DNA from: Octopus bimaculoides
Lineage: Eukaryota
Direction of reading: 5' to 3'
DNA length: 64,000 nucleotides
Assembly (NCBI RefSeq): GCF_001194135.2
Contig: NC_068981.1
Coordinates: 187,579,579-187,643,578, forward strand
The notes below the pieces were generated by a model, which searched no databases, had not been told where the DNA came from, and was given only the letters and a program-made list of their open reading frames with translations. Both the position numbers and the translations under genes were made by a program. This document shows, piece by piece, positions 1 through 13,556 of the stretch (position 1 is its first letter; each line of letters opens with the position of its first letter).

Positions 1-128
1 TTTTAAGTACCAATATACATCAATGCAAAACTAAAGTATTTAGTTTTCACTAAACACTGGTATAAACCGGAGAACTAAGATACAAACACCCCTTAAAGGA
101 TTTTAGGTTCTTGGCATGATCTTATATA

Positions 129-183
<55 letters not shown>

Positions 184-191
184 AATAAATA

Positions 192-409
192 GGCGCAGGA
201 GTGAATATGTGTGGTAAGTAGCTTGCTTACCAGCCACATGGTTCCGAGTTTAGTCCCATTGCGTGGTACCTTGGGCAAGTGGCTTCTACTATAGCCTTGG
301 GCCGACCAAAGCCTTGTGAGTGGATTTGATAGACAGAAACTGAGAGAAGCCTGTCGTGTATATATATTTATATATATATATATACATATATATATATGTA
401 TGTATGTGT

Positions 410-440
<31 letters not shown>

Positions 441-672
441 CGCGTGTGCGCGTGTGCGCGTGTGTATGATTCTGTATTTGTCCTCTAGCACCGTTTGACT
501 ACTAGTATTGGTTTGCTCACATCCCTGTAACCGAAGGGTTGGGCAAAATAACCTAATAGAATAAGTAACAAACCTGAAAGTAATAAGCACTAGGGATCGA
601 TCTGTTTGACCAAAATGCTTCAAGGTTGTGCTCCAGCATGGTCGCAGTCCAAATGATTGAAACAAGTTAAAA
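192..672 (+). mobile_element. tRNA-derived SINE family A (CORE-like domain, internal microsatellite)
   Basis: Head GGCGCAGGAGTG..GTGTGGTAAG, B-box-like GTTCCGAGTTTAG, CCTTGGGCAAGTG core, internal (TA/TG)n, tail CCAGCATGG..GAAACAAG; about 10 dispersed copies in the window. Confidence 0.85.
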
Positions 673-743
673 AGGGAAGGTAAAAGAGATCTTTACACGT
701 CATTTGTACATCGTCGACTTTGGAAATATTTCTATCAGTTTAA

Positions 744-1160
744 GGCGGCGAGATGGCAGAAACATTAGCACACCGGGCGAAATGATTAGCGGTATTTCGT
801 CTGCCATTACGTTCTGAGTTCAAATTCCGCCGATGTCGACTTTGCCTTTCATCCTTTCGGGGGTTGATAAATTAAGTACCAGCTACGCACAGGGGTTGAT
901 GTAATCGACTTAATCCCTTTGTCTGTCCTTGTTTGTTTCCCTTTGTGTTTAGCCCCTTGTGGGCAATAAAGAAATAAGAAATGTTAGCACGCCGAGCGAA
1001 ATATCTAGCGGTATTTCGTCTGTCCTTATGTTCTGAGTTCAGATCCCACCGAGGTCGACTTTACCTTTCATCCTTTCGTGGTCGATTGAATTAAGTACCA
1101 GTTGTGTACTGGGGTCGATGTAATCGACTAGCTCCTCCCCCAAAATTTCTAGCAATTTGC
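744..1160 (+). mobile_element. Two tandem copies of tRNA-derived SINE family B (MetaSINE-like domain)
   Basis: GGCGGCGAG.TGGCAGAA head, GAGTTCAAATTCC B box, GCCTTTCATCCTTTCGGGG..GATAAATTAAGTACCAG core; about 20 copies in the window. Confidence 0.85.
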
Positions 1161-1988
1161 CTTACCTCATCACACATTTGTTACTCTTGTTCATTGCGTG
1201 GTGAAGGATGTGCACCGTAAGATTAATTTGTACATAACATCTATGCCAAGAGGACATTTTTAGTAGCTGGCTCTTTGACTAACAATTTACTAATATACAC
1301 ACACATTCAAATTAAACTCCACCTGAACTGGACGATATTTATAAGTCTTGGTCATTTATTCCCGGTGCAATTAAAACCATTAAAGGCTACTGTACATTAC
1401 TCTCAATAAATCTAATTTTCTTACACATTAAATGAAAAGAAGTTGACAACATGAAAAATAAAATCGAGTTAAGAGAGCCATGGAAAATAAATTCTTGAGG
1501 TGTTATTGTTCGTCTGGCATCAAAGTATCATATAACTCCTCAAGACTAATTTGGACTAATTTAAGTCTCGTGTTGCTTCTCACTCAGATGATACAGATTT
1601 ATACTCCAGAGTCTTCTCTTACCATTAGTTAAACTACATCTTACATTATTGTTGTTATAGAAATGCATTTGCACTGCTTTTGTTGTCGTTAGCTATTGGT
1701 TCCATTTTCTTTTTTTATCGCGATGACATTTTATTTCATTTCATACTTTACTCGTCCTTACCTTGTTCTCAGATGTCCTGATATTATTTCTCTAGTCTAG
1801 ACTTCTTTCGGATATAGAAACTACTCCAGTAACATATTAAACCTCAGTAACATATTTCTGCAATTTGTCTCGAACGAATAAATAACAAAATCGGATTTTA
1901 CGTGGAAAATACCGAATCTCACAATATGAGACAGCAACAGGAAAGACCGTACAAAAGTAAAGAGGCAGACAGCTATAAGACATCACAA

Positions 1989-2110
<122 letters not shown>

Positions 2111-2850
2111 ACAAACGTACATACAGGTAATCACGAGTTTAAAATGGTGTATAGTAGACATATGTATGCACGTAGGACTTTATGTATATGCATGTGTGTG
2201 TGTCTGTGTGCGAGTGTTTCTTTGCGATGGACAGCAGAAAAGCTACCTACCCATCTCTCCTTAAAGCAACGTATTCCTCACACCCACCTTTTCCCCTTCC
2301 TAGGCGTTTAAAAAGTTACTTATGTGTACTTGTGTGTGTGTGTGTGTGTGCATACGCCTATGTATTTACGAAATTGTGTATTCAGCGTCGCGTGTATATG
2401 ACAGCTGTATTAGCGTAATCACCTCATTGCCACTCCATATTTGTCACTTCGACAACGCTGTTCTCTCCTTACCTGATATCAGTATCCCTCACTGTCACCA
2501 TTTTTCCTTCACGCTGCTCTTTGAATCCTCATTTTATCATATAATTCACCCAACACCCCTAGAACGCACAGTATAGATTTTTATTGGAATTCAATTGCCA
2601 TGTTATTGAACTGGATTTTAGTTTAACATGTATGCAAAATTTAATGAAGATTGGTTCACTCGTGTAGGCAGCAAATTGGTAACAGACAGACAGTAATTGC
2701 CATTTATAAATAAATAAATAAATAAATGATGAAATATCCTTCTTCCTAGTTCTCCTGTTCAACTAGCTTTTTCCAACCAGTCGCCATGATTGGCCGCTAA
2801 ATGCTAAATTCACAAGTTTTTTAAAAAATTCTCTGTTTATTTCCTCGTGT

Positions 2851-2974
2851 TCCTTTCTATTGAAGAGCGTAGGGTCGAAACTTAAAACTTTCTCACCTTC
2901 CCGAGCGTCAAACTATTACAACTGCTTGTTGTTTATACACCTGTCTTCATCTTTTGTTTTACTGTAAATTTCAA

Positions 2975-2990
<16 letters not shown>
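2851..2990 (+). mobile_element. PLE-type terminal repeat fragment with degenerate HHR-like motif (family F)
   Basis: CTTT-CTATTGA-A-GAGCGTAGGGTC-GAAAC-TTA-AAAC; homologous to a minus-strand copy at about 49130-49260. Confidence 0.5.
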
Positions 2991-3012
<22 letters not shown>

Positions 3013-3104
3013 NNNNNNNNNNNNNNNNNNNNNNNNNNNNNNNNNNNNNNNNNNNNNNNNNNNNNNNNNNNNNNNNNNNNNNNNNNNNNNNNNNNNNNNN
3101 NNNN

Positions 3105-3140
<36 letters not shown>

Positions 3141-4584
3141 TTATGTATATATCTATACATAGTACATTGCTCTATGTCAAACAAATGAAAGAGGAGTGCT
3201 CAATACATGATGTGTGTGTGTGTGTTATTCAGTTATTTCTTATACCACTTTTAAAACATTCATGTAATATCGGTTAAAATGTAATTGAATGTTTGCATTA
3301 CACAGCTGGTTTGTAATCATAATTATCAAATTACATGAAATAACTAATTTGAAGTGGAATTTATTTGAAGAAATGATTTTATAGAAACAGCGTGTCTGCA
3401 GCAGACACAATCACAGACAGTTTGGCAGAAAAAGACAACCAGACCCGACCAGACTAGACTTAAGTCGACCAGAGCAAATAGTTCAGTTCTATGTTTGCAA
3501 TAATTTATAATGATATGAACGTATCAGCCACTGAGACAATGTTCATAAGAAAAATAATTAAAAAATATAGCAGAGGTAACAAATGCTGATTACATTAGTG
3601 CTTTTGAAAGGATTAAAACCTCCAATGAGGATCTGAAGTCCTGGACTACAAGGTGTGTTCCAGTATGCCAGATCATGGACCTGCAACTGGAAGGTTTCTC
3701 TTCCAAAGCGCAATATATGGAAATTTTTTTATTAGGAAGGCCAAAAGTTACCCATGAATTCAAGTTTTTCTCTTATTCTCTACGCTTCTAATATTGCTTA
3801 AGGAAAAGATAATAGTTGATACTACTTATCACCCCCAGGTGTCGTGGTTGGCTTTGTTGGTGCACAGAGCCGGAACAGACATCGCAACACATCCAATCCG
3901 ATACTGTAACGATTCCACTAGTACAAAACTTAGGACACCTTTATTAATCGACCTCGAAAGAATGAAAGACATGATTGACCTCGGTGTAATTTGAAACCAG
4001 AAAACACATTTAGAATGAGTCCCACGAGTAATTTTATTCTACACTGTAACCACTCATCCGGTACGTCGCTCTACTTGTATTACTGTATTGAAAACAGATT
4101 TAATGATGTTGTTCACATCCCGACTTTCACACACTTTCAGTTACTGAAATCAATATATTTGCAATTCGTATTGAAACCTAGATTTCACTTATCTTGATTT
4201 CTATCTTTGTAATAAGGTCACACATATATAGGGGAAATGAATGTAATTTTATGGCATTCCAACATGTTTTGAAGGCCATTAGCAACGTAACTGAATTGAA
4301 ATAACTTCGAATCAGAAATCGAAGTCAGCGTTACTTAGTTTACCTTTAGGTTGTATGCCAATATTAGTTAGATTTTTGTCTGGTTATAAATGGTTTGTGT
4401 TTTGGCAGATGGAATGAAGTAAGATTTTAAGAAGTTCATTTCTTTTCCGAGAGTATTTATGAATGGAGTAATGTGAAATAGTTGACTGCAACCGGGATTG
4501 AAACTACTTCCGAATTCCAGCGAGAAACGAATTTACGTTTACTTACCGGCATTTTCTAATATTGCTGTCGTTTCGTATATTTCT

Positions 4585-5100
4585 TTCGTTATTACCCACA
4601 AGGGGCTAAACATAGAGGGGAAAAACAAGGATATACAAAAGGATTAAGTCGATTACATCGACCCCAGTGCGGTGTTTCGTCCGTCTTTACGTTCTGAGTT
4701 TAAATTTCCCTGAGGTCGACTTTGCCTTTCATCCTTTCGGGGTCGATAAATTAAGTACCAGTTACATACTGGAGTCGATCTAATCGACTGGCTTCCTCCC
4801 CCAAAATTTCAGGCCTTGCGCCTAGAGTAGCAAAGAATATTATATCTATTTCAGTCTTAGCTTTTATTTGAGATAAAGTTTCCCCGAGATGCATATACTT
4901 ACACCCCCACGCAATGTATCATACCTAATAACCCTTTCTATTATAGGTACAAGGCCTGAAATTTTGGGGGAGGAGGCCAGTCGATTAGCTCGACACCAGT
5001 ACACAACTGGCACTTAATCTATCGATCCCGAAAGGATGAAAGGCAAAATCAACCTCGGCAGAAATTGAACTCAGAACGTAGCGACGTGCGAAATAGCGCT
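4585..5100. mobile_element. Three SINE B pieces: minus partial (4585-4672), plus (4673-4838), minus (4936-5100)
   Basis: Family B core seen on both strands. Confidence 0.8.
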
Positions 5101-5297
5101 ATATCATAGGTTTTATTTAAAATATTATGTTTTAATTCAGATACACATCTTCAGTGACTGACTAGAATAACCTCATCATAGATGAAAGAAATTGACAAAG
5201 TCCCTTATTTATCTGTCATACACACACACACACACACACACACACATTAAACTATATAATAAAATGGAAAAACTTTTATCGATAGCTATTAACTACA

Positions 5298-5460
5298 GGC
5301 ACAGGCGTGGGTATGTGGTAAGTAATTTGTTTCGCAACCACATGGTTCTGGGTTCAATTCTGTTGTGTGATACCTTGAGCAAGTGTCTTCTACTATAACC
5401 TCGGGCCGACCAAAACTTGTGAGTGGATTTGATAGACGGAAACTGAAAAGAGCCCGTCAT

Positions 5461-5498
<38 letters not shown>

Positions 5499-5624
5499 GT
5501 ATGTGTATGTGTGTGAGTGTGTGTCTTTTGTCCCCACCAACCGCTTGACAACCAGTATTGATGTGTGTAATTCATTCAACTAAAAATTCTGGCCACAGTC
5601 TAATAACTGAAACAAGTAAAAGAT
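5298..5624 (+). mobile_element. SINE family A, internally deleted
   Basis: Head, core, (CA/TA)n and tail match 192-672. Confidence 0.8.
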
Positions 5625-6762
5625 ATAAGATACCTAGAATTGCACTGCATAGATTCACTACTAATCTGTATCTTCAGTTTATTTCTTCTACCTACACTGC
5701 AGTAATAACTGCTTCTCTAAAATTTAACTTATTGGGTAAATACCACATCGAAGTGAAGCAGCCCGACACACCGCCTCGTAGCTTACTTGTTTTACCTTTA
5801 AACCCCAAAGGAAATAACTTGGTAACTTTTCTTTTAGTACATCCTACTTGAGTTTTCTTCTCGGTATTGGCATACAACACTCCAAAACATAACATGTCTT
5901 CTTTTCATGCGATCATATGTTTACTCTAGACCTGAAATGTATAGCTCCTTCACTACAGACTTGGAATAATCTACCCAATTTTATACTCTGTAGGTAAACC
6001 AATCATTGTTACGTTAAATGGTGATTAAGAGATATATTTAAGTTTAAACTCAATGAAAGTACAATGAAAGTACAAGGGTTAATTTGTTTCCCCGATTACT
6101 CTCTGTTCGTATAAAAGTTTTGAGTGAAAAATGTAGGGCAAAATAGCTGTATTAACCTTCTCTACTTGATAAAAAAATATATTCATTTAGCACCTCATAC
6201 AACATGTCAAATGTGTACAGTTCTAGAAAAGGATAATCGTTATTAAACAAAGTTAATTAAGAAAATATACGAAGAAGCAAAAAAAAAAAAAAAAAAAAAA
6301 GAAACACTAGAAATCAAAAAACAAAACTGTTCTCTTAACATTTTATTAATTTCTTAACGAAAGATTTATAGAAGGAAATCTAAAAGCAACAGGATATACA
6401 TCTTAATTAGCTAATGTTTAAAGTTCATTTCCAGGCGATAATTTTCTTTTTAACATGTAGATAACATTCACGCAAGGGCACAATGCATTTGCAGCTGGTA
6501 AATCAGCTTAATTTAGCAAACTGCACAACTAATGTTTTGCATAAAATAACAGTTATATCCATAGAATCTTTCTTCACCTTTACACACGTTATCATCAGAG
6601 ATAATCGAACGCTTTCCCAGGGGATATTGCATTAAACACATACACCGCACGCACACATTATATACGAGATAACAATTTACAAACTCCGAGAGGCACGAAA
6701 TAAATCGTTTTTAACGAAATAAATCATTTTTAACGGTGGGGTGTGAAGCTACGAATAATGGT

Positions 6763-7150
6763 TGGCACTCCGTCGGTTACGACGACGACGACGAGGGTTC
6801 CAGTTAATCCGATCAATGGAACAGCCTGCTCGTGAAATTAACGTGCAAGTGGCTGAGCACTCCACAGACACGTGTACGCTTAACGTAGTTCTCGGGGAGA
6901 TTCATCATGACACAGAGTGTGACAAGGCTGGCCCTTTGAATTACAGGTACAACAGGAATAGGAAGAAAGAGTGAGAGAAAGTTGTGGTGAAAGAGTACAG
7001 CAGGGTTCACCACCATCCCCTGCCGGAGCCATATGGAACTTTAGGTGTTTTCGCTCAATAAACACACACAACGCCCGGCCTGGGAATCGAAACCGCGATC
7101 CTACGACCGCGAGTCCGCTGCTCTAACCACTGGGCCATTGAGCCTCCACT
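6763..7150 (-). mobile_element. tRNA(Arg-like)-headed SINE family C
   Basis: Reverse-complement head with A box TGGCCCAGTGGTTAG and B box GTTTCGATTCC; 3' end shared with 22482-22797; degenerate 13-bp TSD CTA(C/T)GAATA(A/G)T(G/A)G. Confidence 0.85.
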
Positions 7151-7309
7151 ATGAATAGTAGTGTGTAAAGAAATCTGAAGGATTGCTTTGGTACAATATT
7201 AGAAAGTCGGTCATGTTTACAAAATATGTAGGTTCAATACCCACGGCAACCTTAGACTTTATCTATTCAAGGGTCTTTGTAACTCACTATTTATGCACTA
7301 TTATTAGTA

Positions 7310-7955
7310 ACTTGGCAGAATCGTTAGCACACCGGGCAAAATGCTTAGCGTTATTTCGTCTGTCTTTACGTTCTGAGTTCAAATTCCGCCGAGGTCGACT
7401 TTGCCTTTCATCCTTTCGGGTTCGATAAATTAAGCACCAGTTGCGTACTGGAGTCGATCTAATTGACTGGCACCCTCCCCAAAAATTTCGGGCTTTGTGC
7501 ATAAAATAGAAAAGGATATTCTCCTGGAACAAGACGGCGTGCTGACAGAAATTATTTCCGTCTTTACGTTCTGAATTCAAATTCCGCCGAGGTCGACTTT
7601 GCCTTTCATCCTTTCGGGGTCGATCGATTAATTAAGTACCAGTTGCGTACTGAGGTCGATCTAATCGACTGAACACCCCCCTCCCCCAAAATTTCGGGCT
7701 TTGTGCCTAGATTAGAAAAGATTATTGGTAACTTTCAAAAGACGGCGAGCTGGCAGAAACGTTACCGCGCAGAGCAAAATGCTTAGCAAAATTTCGTCTA
7801 TCTTTACATCCGGAGTTCAAATTCCGCCGAGGTCGACTTTGCCGTTCATCCTTTTGGAATCGATAAAATAAGTACCAGTTGAGCAGTGAGGTTGACGTTA
7901 TTGATTTACCCACTCCCCCGAAATTGCTGGTCTTGTGCCACAATTTGAAACCATT
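7310..7955 (+). mobile_element. Three tandem SINE B copies
   Basis: Family B core repeated near 7400, 7600 and 7840. Confidence 0.85.
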
Positions 7956-8244
7956 GTAGCTTAATCTACTTCACGCCCCACCATTAAAAAATGATATATA
8001 TATATATATATGCTCTTGACCCCAGACAGAAGATAAACTCTGTACTTCAAATTTTTATAAAATTTTACTGACATTTGATAAGATGAGATTCATCGAAACC
8101 AGTAATGTCTTCTTTATATAAATTTTAAAATCATTTTTATTAAATTCCTTCTTAAACTGAAATGTCTTAGACTTACTTCAGTGTTATTTTTACCTCCATC
8201 TTTTATATATAAATATTTAATTTGTATAGATCTGTAATCTATTT

Positions 8245-8282
<38 letters not shown>

Positions 8283-8323
8283 GATTGGTACGGAAGACGG
8301 AGTGTGACTAGAAGCTTTATTTA

Positions 8324-8705
8324 GCATGCGTGGTTGTGTAGTAAGAATCTTGCTTCTCAACTACAGAATTCCGGGGTTGGTCCCACTGCGTGGCTCCTTG
8401 GGAAAGTATCCTCTGCTATAGCTTCGGGACGACCAAAGCCTTGTGAGTGGGTCTGACTGATGGAAACTGAAAGAAGCCTGTCTTATATATATATATATCT
8501 TCATATATATATATATATGTTTGTGTATGTGTTTTTCTCCCACCACCGCTTGACATCCGTTGTTGGCCTGCTTGCATTCCCGTAAATTAGCGATTCATCA
8601 GAAGGAAACCGATGGAGTAAGTACCAGGCTAAAAGAAAAGCACTTGTGTTGATTCATTCGACTAAAAATTCTTCAAGGCGTTGCTCCAGCACGGCTGTAG
8701 TGTAA
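8324..8705 (+). mobile_element. SINE family A
   Basis: Match to family consensus by eye. Confidence 0.8.
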
Positions 8706-8787
8706 TAAACATATGTGTGCGCGTGTGCATGTATGTGTACATGAATGCACACGCATATTTGTGTATGAATACATTTACGGATGCACG

Positions 8788-8796
8788 CGAGCATGC

Positions 8797-8860
<64 letters not shown>

Positions 8861-8876
8861 ATCTATCTATCTATCT
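8788..8876. repeat. (TATC)n microsatellite
   Basis: Direct reading. Confidence 0.97.
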
Positions 8877-9049
8877 ATGTATATATGTGTATGTATATGC
8901 GTATGTATATATCTGTATATGTGTGTGTGTGATTGTGTGTATATATGTATGCATATGCGCACATGTATATGTAGTATGTGCGCGGGTACGTATGTCATTA
9001 TACGTGTTTTTTCTACTCTCTGATTTCTAACTAACACACTAACCTATAC

Positions 9050-9826
9050 AATCACATACGTCTATTTATAGAAATTTGACATCCTTGTATTCCTGCCCCA
9101 CTTTAAATTTCACTACTAAAACCCCACCCATACCTTAATGCAGCTCTATCACATCACCCCTACTTACATATCTCATATTTATTCACTCTTTATCTTCTCA
9201 TCTCTTCCTATCCCTCCTCCACTCTTCTCCTCACATTATCTTGACCACCAACTAACACTCCTTTTCTCACTTCTTTCACTCTTTCTTCCCTTTTTTTCAC
9301 TCTTTTCACTTTTCCCCTTTTTTTTCTCTTTCTTCCTCTCATTTTCTATTCCTGTTTTCATCTCCACATTCTAATGATACACATCTCTCCCCCACATCTA
9401 TCCACAAATACTACCAAAACATTCTCAAATTTTCATTCACACCACAAGACCCTTTCGAATGAACGACAGAATTCACGGCTCCATACATTGAAATGACTAA
9501 AATGAACTACTATTGGAACTTGCATACCATGTACAGGAAACTGTTTTAACACTTCTATACACCACTTTCCTCAAATAATAGAACTGCAACTACAATATCT
9601 TTATATATTTTATATTTTATTTCTATCTTCATTCTCTTATTTCCCTCTGTATTTCCTATCTCCTCCTTTTCCATAATAATTCCTTATTTCGAACTCAAAT
9701 ATTTACCTCTATTCAATCATCTCACATCGTCTCTGATGAAGGGATATCCATAATATCCCAGAAACAGGTGTAAGGCTATATCTATATACTCCTCACAGCC
9801 TTGGCTTTGTTATCTCATTTTGTCTA
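9050..9826 (+). mobile_element. Penelope-like element 3' remnant with pseudo-LTR (family E)
   Basis: Terminal part (CTGATGAAGGGATAT..ATATCCC.GAAACAG..ACAGCCTTGG..TTATCTCATT) is homologous to the arms at 62671-63401; the upstream part is only tentatively assigned. Confidence 0.55.
9729..9776 (+). ncRNA. Minimal type I hammerhead ribozyme-like motif
   Basis: Stem I GTCT/AGGC, CTGATGA, stem II GGGATAT/ATATCCC (7 bp, A:A at its base), GAAAC, near-palindromic stem III ACAG(G)TGT, cleavage triplet GTA. Confidence 0.5.
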
Positions 9827-9911
<85 letters not shown>

Positions 9912-11019
9912 CACATACATACATACATACATACACACACACATATGCATGTACGGAAACACACACAAACACACACACGTACATATATAGCGATGTTTCT
10001 TTTAATAGAAAAATAACGTAGCTGAATTAACAGCATATTCAGCTCTAAATGAATATCAGTGTATTATAAAACAAATAAGTTAATTATTTGTTTTATATAA
10101 TTACAGAGGAAGTTACATAAAAAATATTATTGAACATTTTCTTTCGATCAGTCATTCTTTCATTCGTTTACAATGATTAATGATTGTTCACAGATTTTAA
10201 TTGCAACAATTCCTAGCTTATATCGATTTCCTTAAGTTTCTCATCCACCATCAATTTATCTATTGCATGTGTCCGTGTCCCTTTGAATAGAAATTGATTT
10301 TAGAAGGAAGGTATAAGAAATTAATGAGAAAGATTTAAATTTGTTCTATTGTGTGATACATATAGAACAGCTGAAATTAGTTATCTACGCTGATTCTGTT
10401 TAAATTTTCTTCTCACCATCATATACCATGCTTTCACTCCGTCTGTAGATGCTATAATGAAATACTAATACCATAGTTAATGTCATTATATACAGCCTAA
10501 CACAAATTGAAAAAAAATTGCTATACAACAAATTTCTTTTCAAAATTGTCAATAAAAATAGATGAAAACTGTTTTTTCTTGTTTAGCATTGTGAGAGATC
10601 AGAATAATGGGAAAACGTTTCAATCAGAACCATTGTTACAGCTATATTTATTCTTTAACACTATTAAACAAAAATATACACTGCTGTTACCACAACCGGC
10701 CTGTGTTAGCTCCGTTAGAAATAGCAACCAAATCCTCGCAAACGATATCGTACATTGTAGTTCCAGTTTACTGGTTCTTAACCGGGATCTTTGGGTGTCC
10801 CGTATAAGATTTTGTTATTAAAATTTATCTGCAGTAAATTGGTTATACTTCTACAATACACAAAATATTAGAAAAAAAGCTTTTTTAATACAATTCCTAA
10901 TGATATCTAATTATAAAAATATGTGATTTAAGACACCGATTGACTATGAGGGATAAGAATGAAACAGGTCCGTAGGTAAAAAAAGGACTGGTTTAGTTAT
11001 ACAAATTTCAGGTTGGCTA

Positions 11020-11092
11020 CGAGTGGAACGGCTTTGATCCTAGGTATATTCGACCAGAGCTGCTCTGGGAATAAGCAACAACAACAACCACT
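11020..11092 (+). repeat. Short dispersed retroposon 3' tail ending in (CAA)n
   Basis: Similar to GACCTGGGGCTAAGCAACAACAAC near 47670 and GACTTGGGGCTAATTAACAACAAC near 52925. Confidence 0.55.
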
Positions 11093-11624
11093 CCTGTCTC
11101 CCTCACCACTCACTACAACTGCTGCCATAACTACAATTACAACTAACACAAACCGGAAGCCAGTTTCCTTCTATTGCCGAGATTGCTGTAAAACCTCGTC
11201 ATGGAGAAATTATCTCGATTAAATGTATATCGGTAGGTTTTGAAAGTGAGTTAGGCTGGAAGTGAAACAACAGCTAGTTGTCCTCTAATTACGATGGTTT
11301 ACTGTCTTTTTATTCATTATATATATGCTGAAGAGGTTGAAGAGTCACGTGTTATATTTCATACAAAATGATTCTCAACTCACTAAGGAAATCGAGGTAG
11401 TTTTATCCAACAATGCTAAGTTAATCAATAAGATAATTATGCGTAATGAAGTTTAACTTAAGACCAGTGAATATATCATTATAGGGAGATTTAAAATAAT
11501 TCCTTATACCTGGTGGAACAATGCCAAACAACAGGTAAATGTAATTAATATTAATAAATTATAGATAATTAGTTATATATCAGGATGTGTGAGAAAGTTT
11601 AGAGATCAAGAGCATAATGAATAT

Positions 11625-11816
11625 TCTTTTACTTGTTTCAGTCATTTGACTGCGGCCATGTTAGAGCACCGCCTTATAGTCGAACAAATCGACCCCAGGA
11701 CTTATTCTTTGTAAGCCTAGTACTTATTCGTTTTTTTTTTGTGTCAAACCACTAAGTTACGGGGACATACACTAGCATCGGTTGTCACACGATGCTGGAG
11801 CAGGGATACAGACACA

Positions 11817-11899
<83 letters not shown>

Positions 11900-12040
11900 G
11901 ACGGGCTTTCAGTTTTCGTCTACCAAATCCACTCACAAGGCTTTGGTCAGTCCGAGGCTAAAGTAGAAGACACTTGCCCAAGGTGTCACGCAGTGGGACT
12001 GAAACCGGAACCATGTGGTTGGTAAGCCACTCCTGTGCCT
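11625..12040 (-). mobile_element. SINE family A
   Basis: Reverse-complement match, internal (CA)n(TA)n. Confidence 0.85.
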
Positions 12041-13459
12041 ATATAATAACAGAATAAAGTATAAAATAACAGTGTGGCGCGAAAGCTGTTATTCTAAGTA
12101 TTTGAGAATTTACACTTCACCGGGAATTTATTGGTTTTTGTAGAATGTTATTCCGTGTGTTCACATCCTTCACTGGCTGCTTTAAGTTTCCTGAATGTTT
12201 GATTATCGTTCGTTTACTTACCAATGTATTTGGGATTCTAGCTATGTTCGACCTTTAAACTAGAACGAAAGTCTTTGTTTCTTAGACGGAATGTAGAAAC
12301 TTGTGTTTCCACAGGATCAATAATTAAATGATTATCTTTATTATAGTAATAGATTATATTGTTTAAATGCATACGCGGTGTCGTCTAGATGTCAATGAAA
12401 TTTTCCGTTCAGCATACTGTGTATAGATAAAATGATTAGTGTTATCGTCTTTCAGTTGAACATCAATTCATCCAATACACTGCAATGAAACAGACCAATT
12501 CGTAATTTTCGCGTGCAGCTTTTGTTATGGCTTATCAGCAAGAAGCGTCTATTTCTTATCATAATATCGATAAATCATGTGAGTTCCATGTCATATGTTA
12601 AATTGTGTATCTTTTAACTTATTTTAAACTGCACTGAGAACGACAAGATCCGTTCCTTTATTCCAGGAGAGAATCCAGCTTGTTCTTTAATAAGGTACTC
12701 TTTAGATATTTTCAATGCTGTTGAAGTTCCGTGTGGAATTAATCGATGAGAAATCGTGTAAAGGCAACGAAGGAAGGAAATCAACCAGAAATCCTCCGTT
12801 AAATGAGTATTACTTCCGAGGTTTCAAAAAAGCGATTCCTCCTCTTTTCCTCTTCACATTTGGAAATTTGTGCATGAGAAGACAATTGTTAAAAGGCCTG
12901 GGTAGTCCTATTTATCAGCTGGTCCAAAATATTTTAGCTCTTCCGTGAAGATATTATTAAGATAAATTGTTTTCTCAGTTCTTATGATGAGACATTGATG
13001 GGCTTTTTTTTTGTATGGGAAGCCTCTTATAAAAACGAAATTTCAGTTCATGATTTTTATCTTCAGATGAATCATTTTTGTTATTTGATGCCCTTTACTG
13101 TTTATTACCACTGGAATAGACAGCGAAATAGCAGCATCGTTAGAGTGTTGGACAGAATACCTCGCAGTATTTATTTCCACTCTTAGCGGTTCCGAGTTCA
13201 AATCTTACCGAAGTGAACTTCGCCTTTCTTCCTTTCGAGGTCGATAACAAAGCATTAGTTCAGGGTGAGTGTTTGGTGGATCGAATAGTATCTTGCGTTA
13301 TCTCTTTTGTTCCGGTTTTATACATTCAGTTCAAACCCTGTCGCATCACCGAAAGATGGGGTATCTTCCGCCAGGCATTGCGACCGACAGGTAGTATCAG
13401 TAAATTAGAAAACTAATGGAAATGTAATTACTTTTGTTTGATGGGAAGATCGACTTCTC

Positions 13460-13556
13460 CCACCACCACTACCACCATCACCATCACTACCATTACCACC
13501 GTCGCCACCATCACCACCAGCATCACCCATCACCACCACCACCACCACTATCACCA
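13460..13556. repeat. (CAC/CAT)n trinucleotide repeat
   Basis: Direct reading. Confidence 0.9.

Noticed and set aside
3590-3740. Possible mariner HPPYSPDL-like remnant on the minus strand
   Set aside because: Similarity is too weak and no TIRs or other motifs were found
4409-4418. 10-nt microexon ggcag|ATGGAATGAA|gtaaga
   Set aside because: Splice signals alone are expected by chance and no linked exons were identified
11011-11073. Exon-like tttcag|VGYEWNGFDPRYIRPELLWE*
   Set aside because: It matches a dispersed retroposon tail ending in (CAA)n seen near 47670 and 52925
12715-12948. 77-aa ORF in non-repetitive DNA
   Set aside because: TTG-context short ORF with no recognisable motif or donor site
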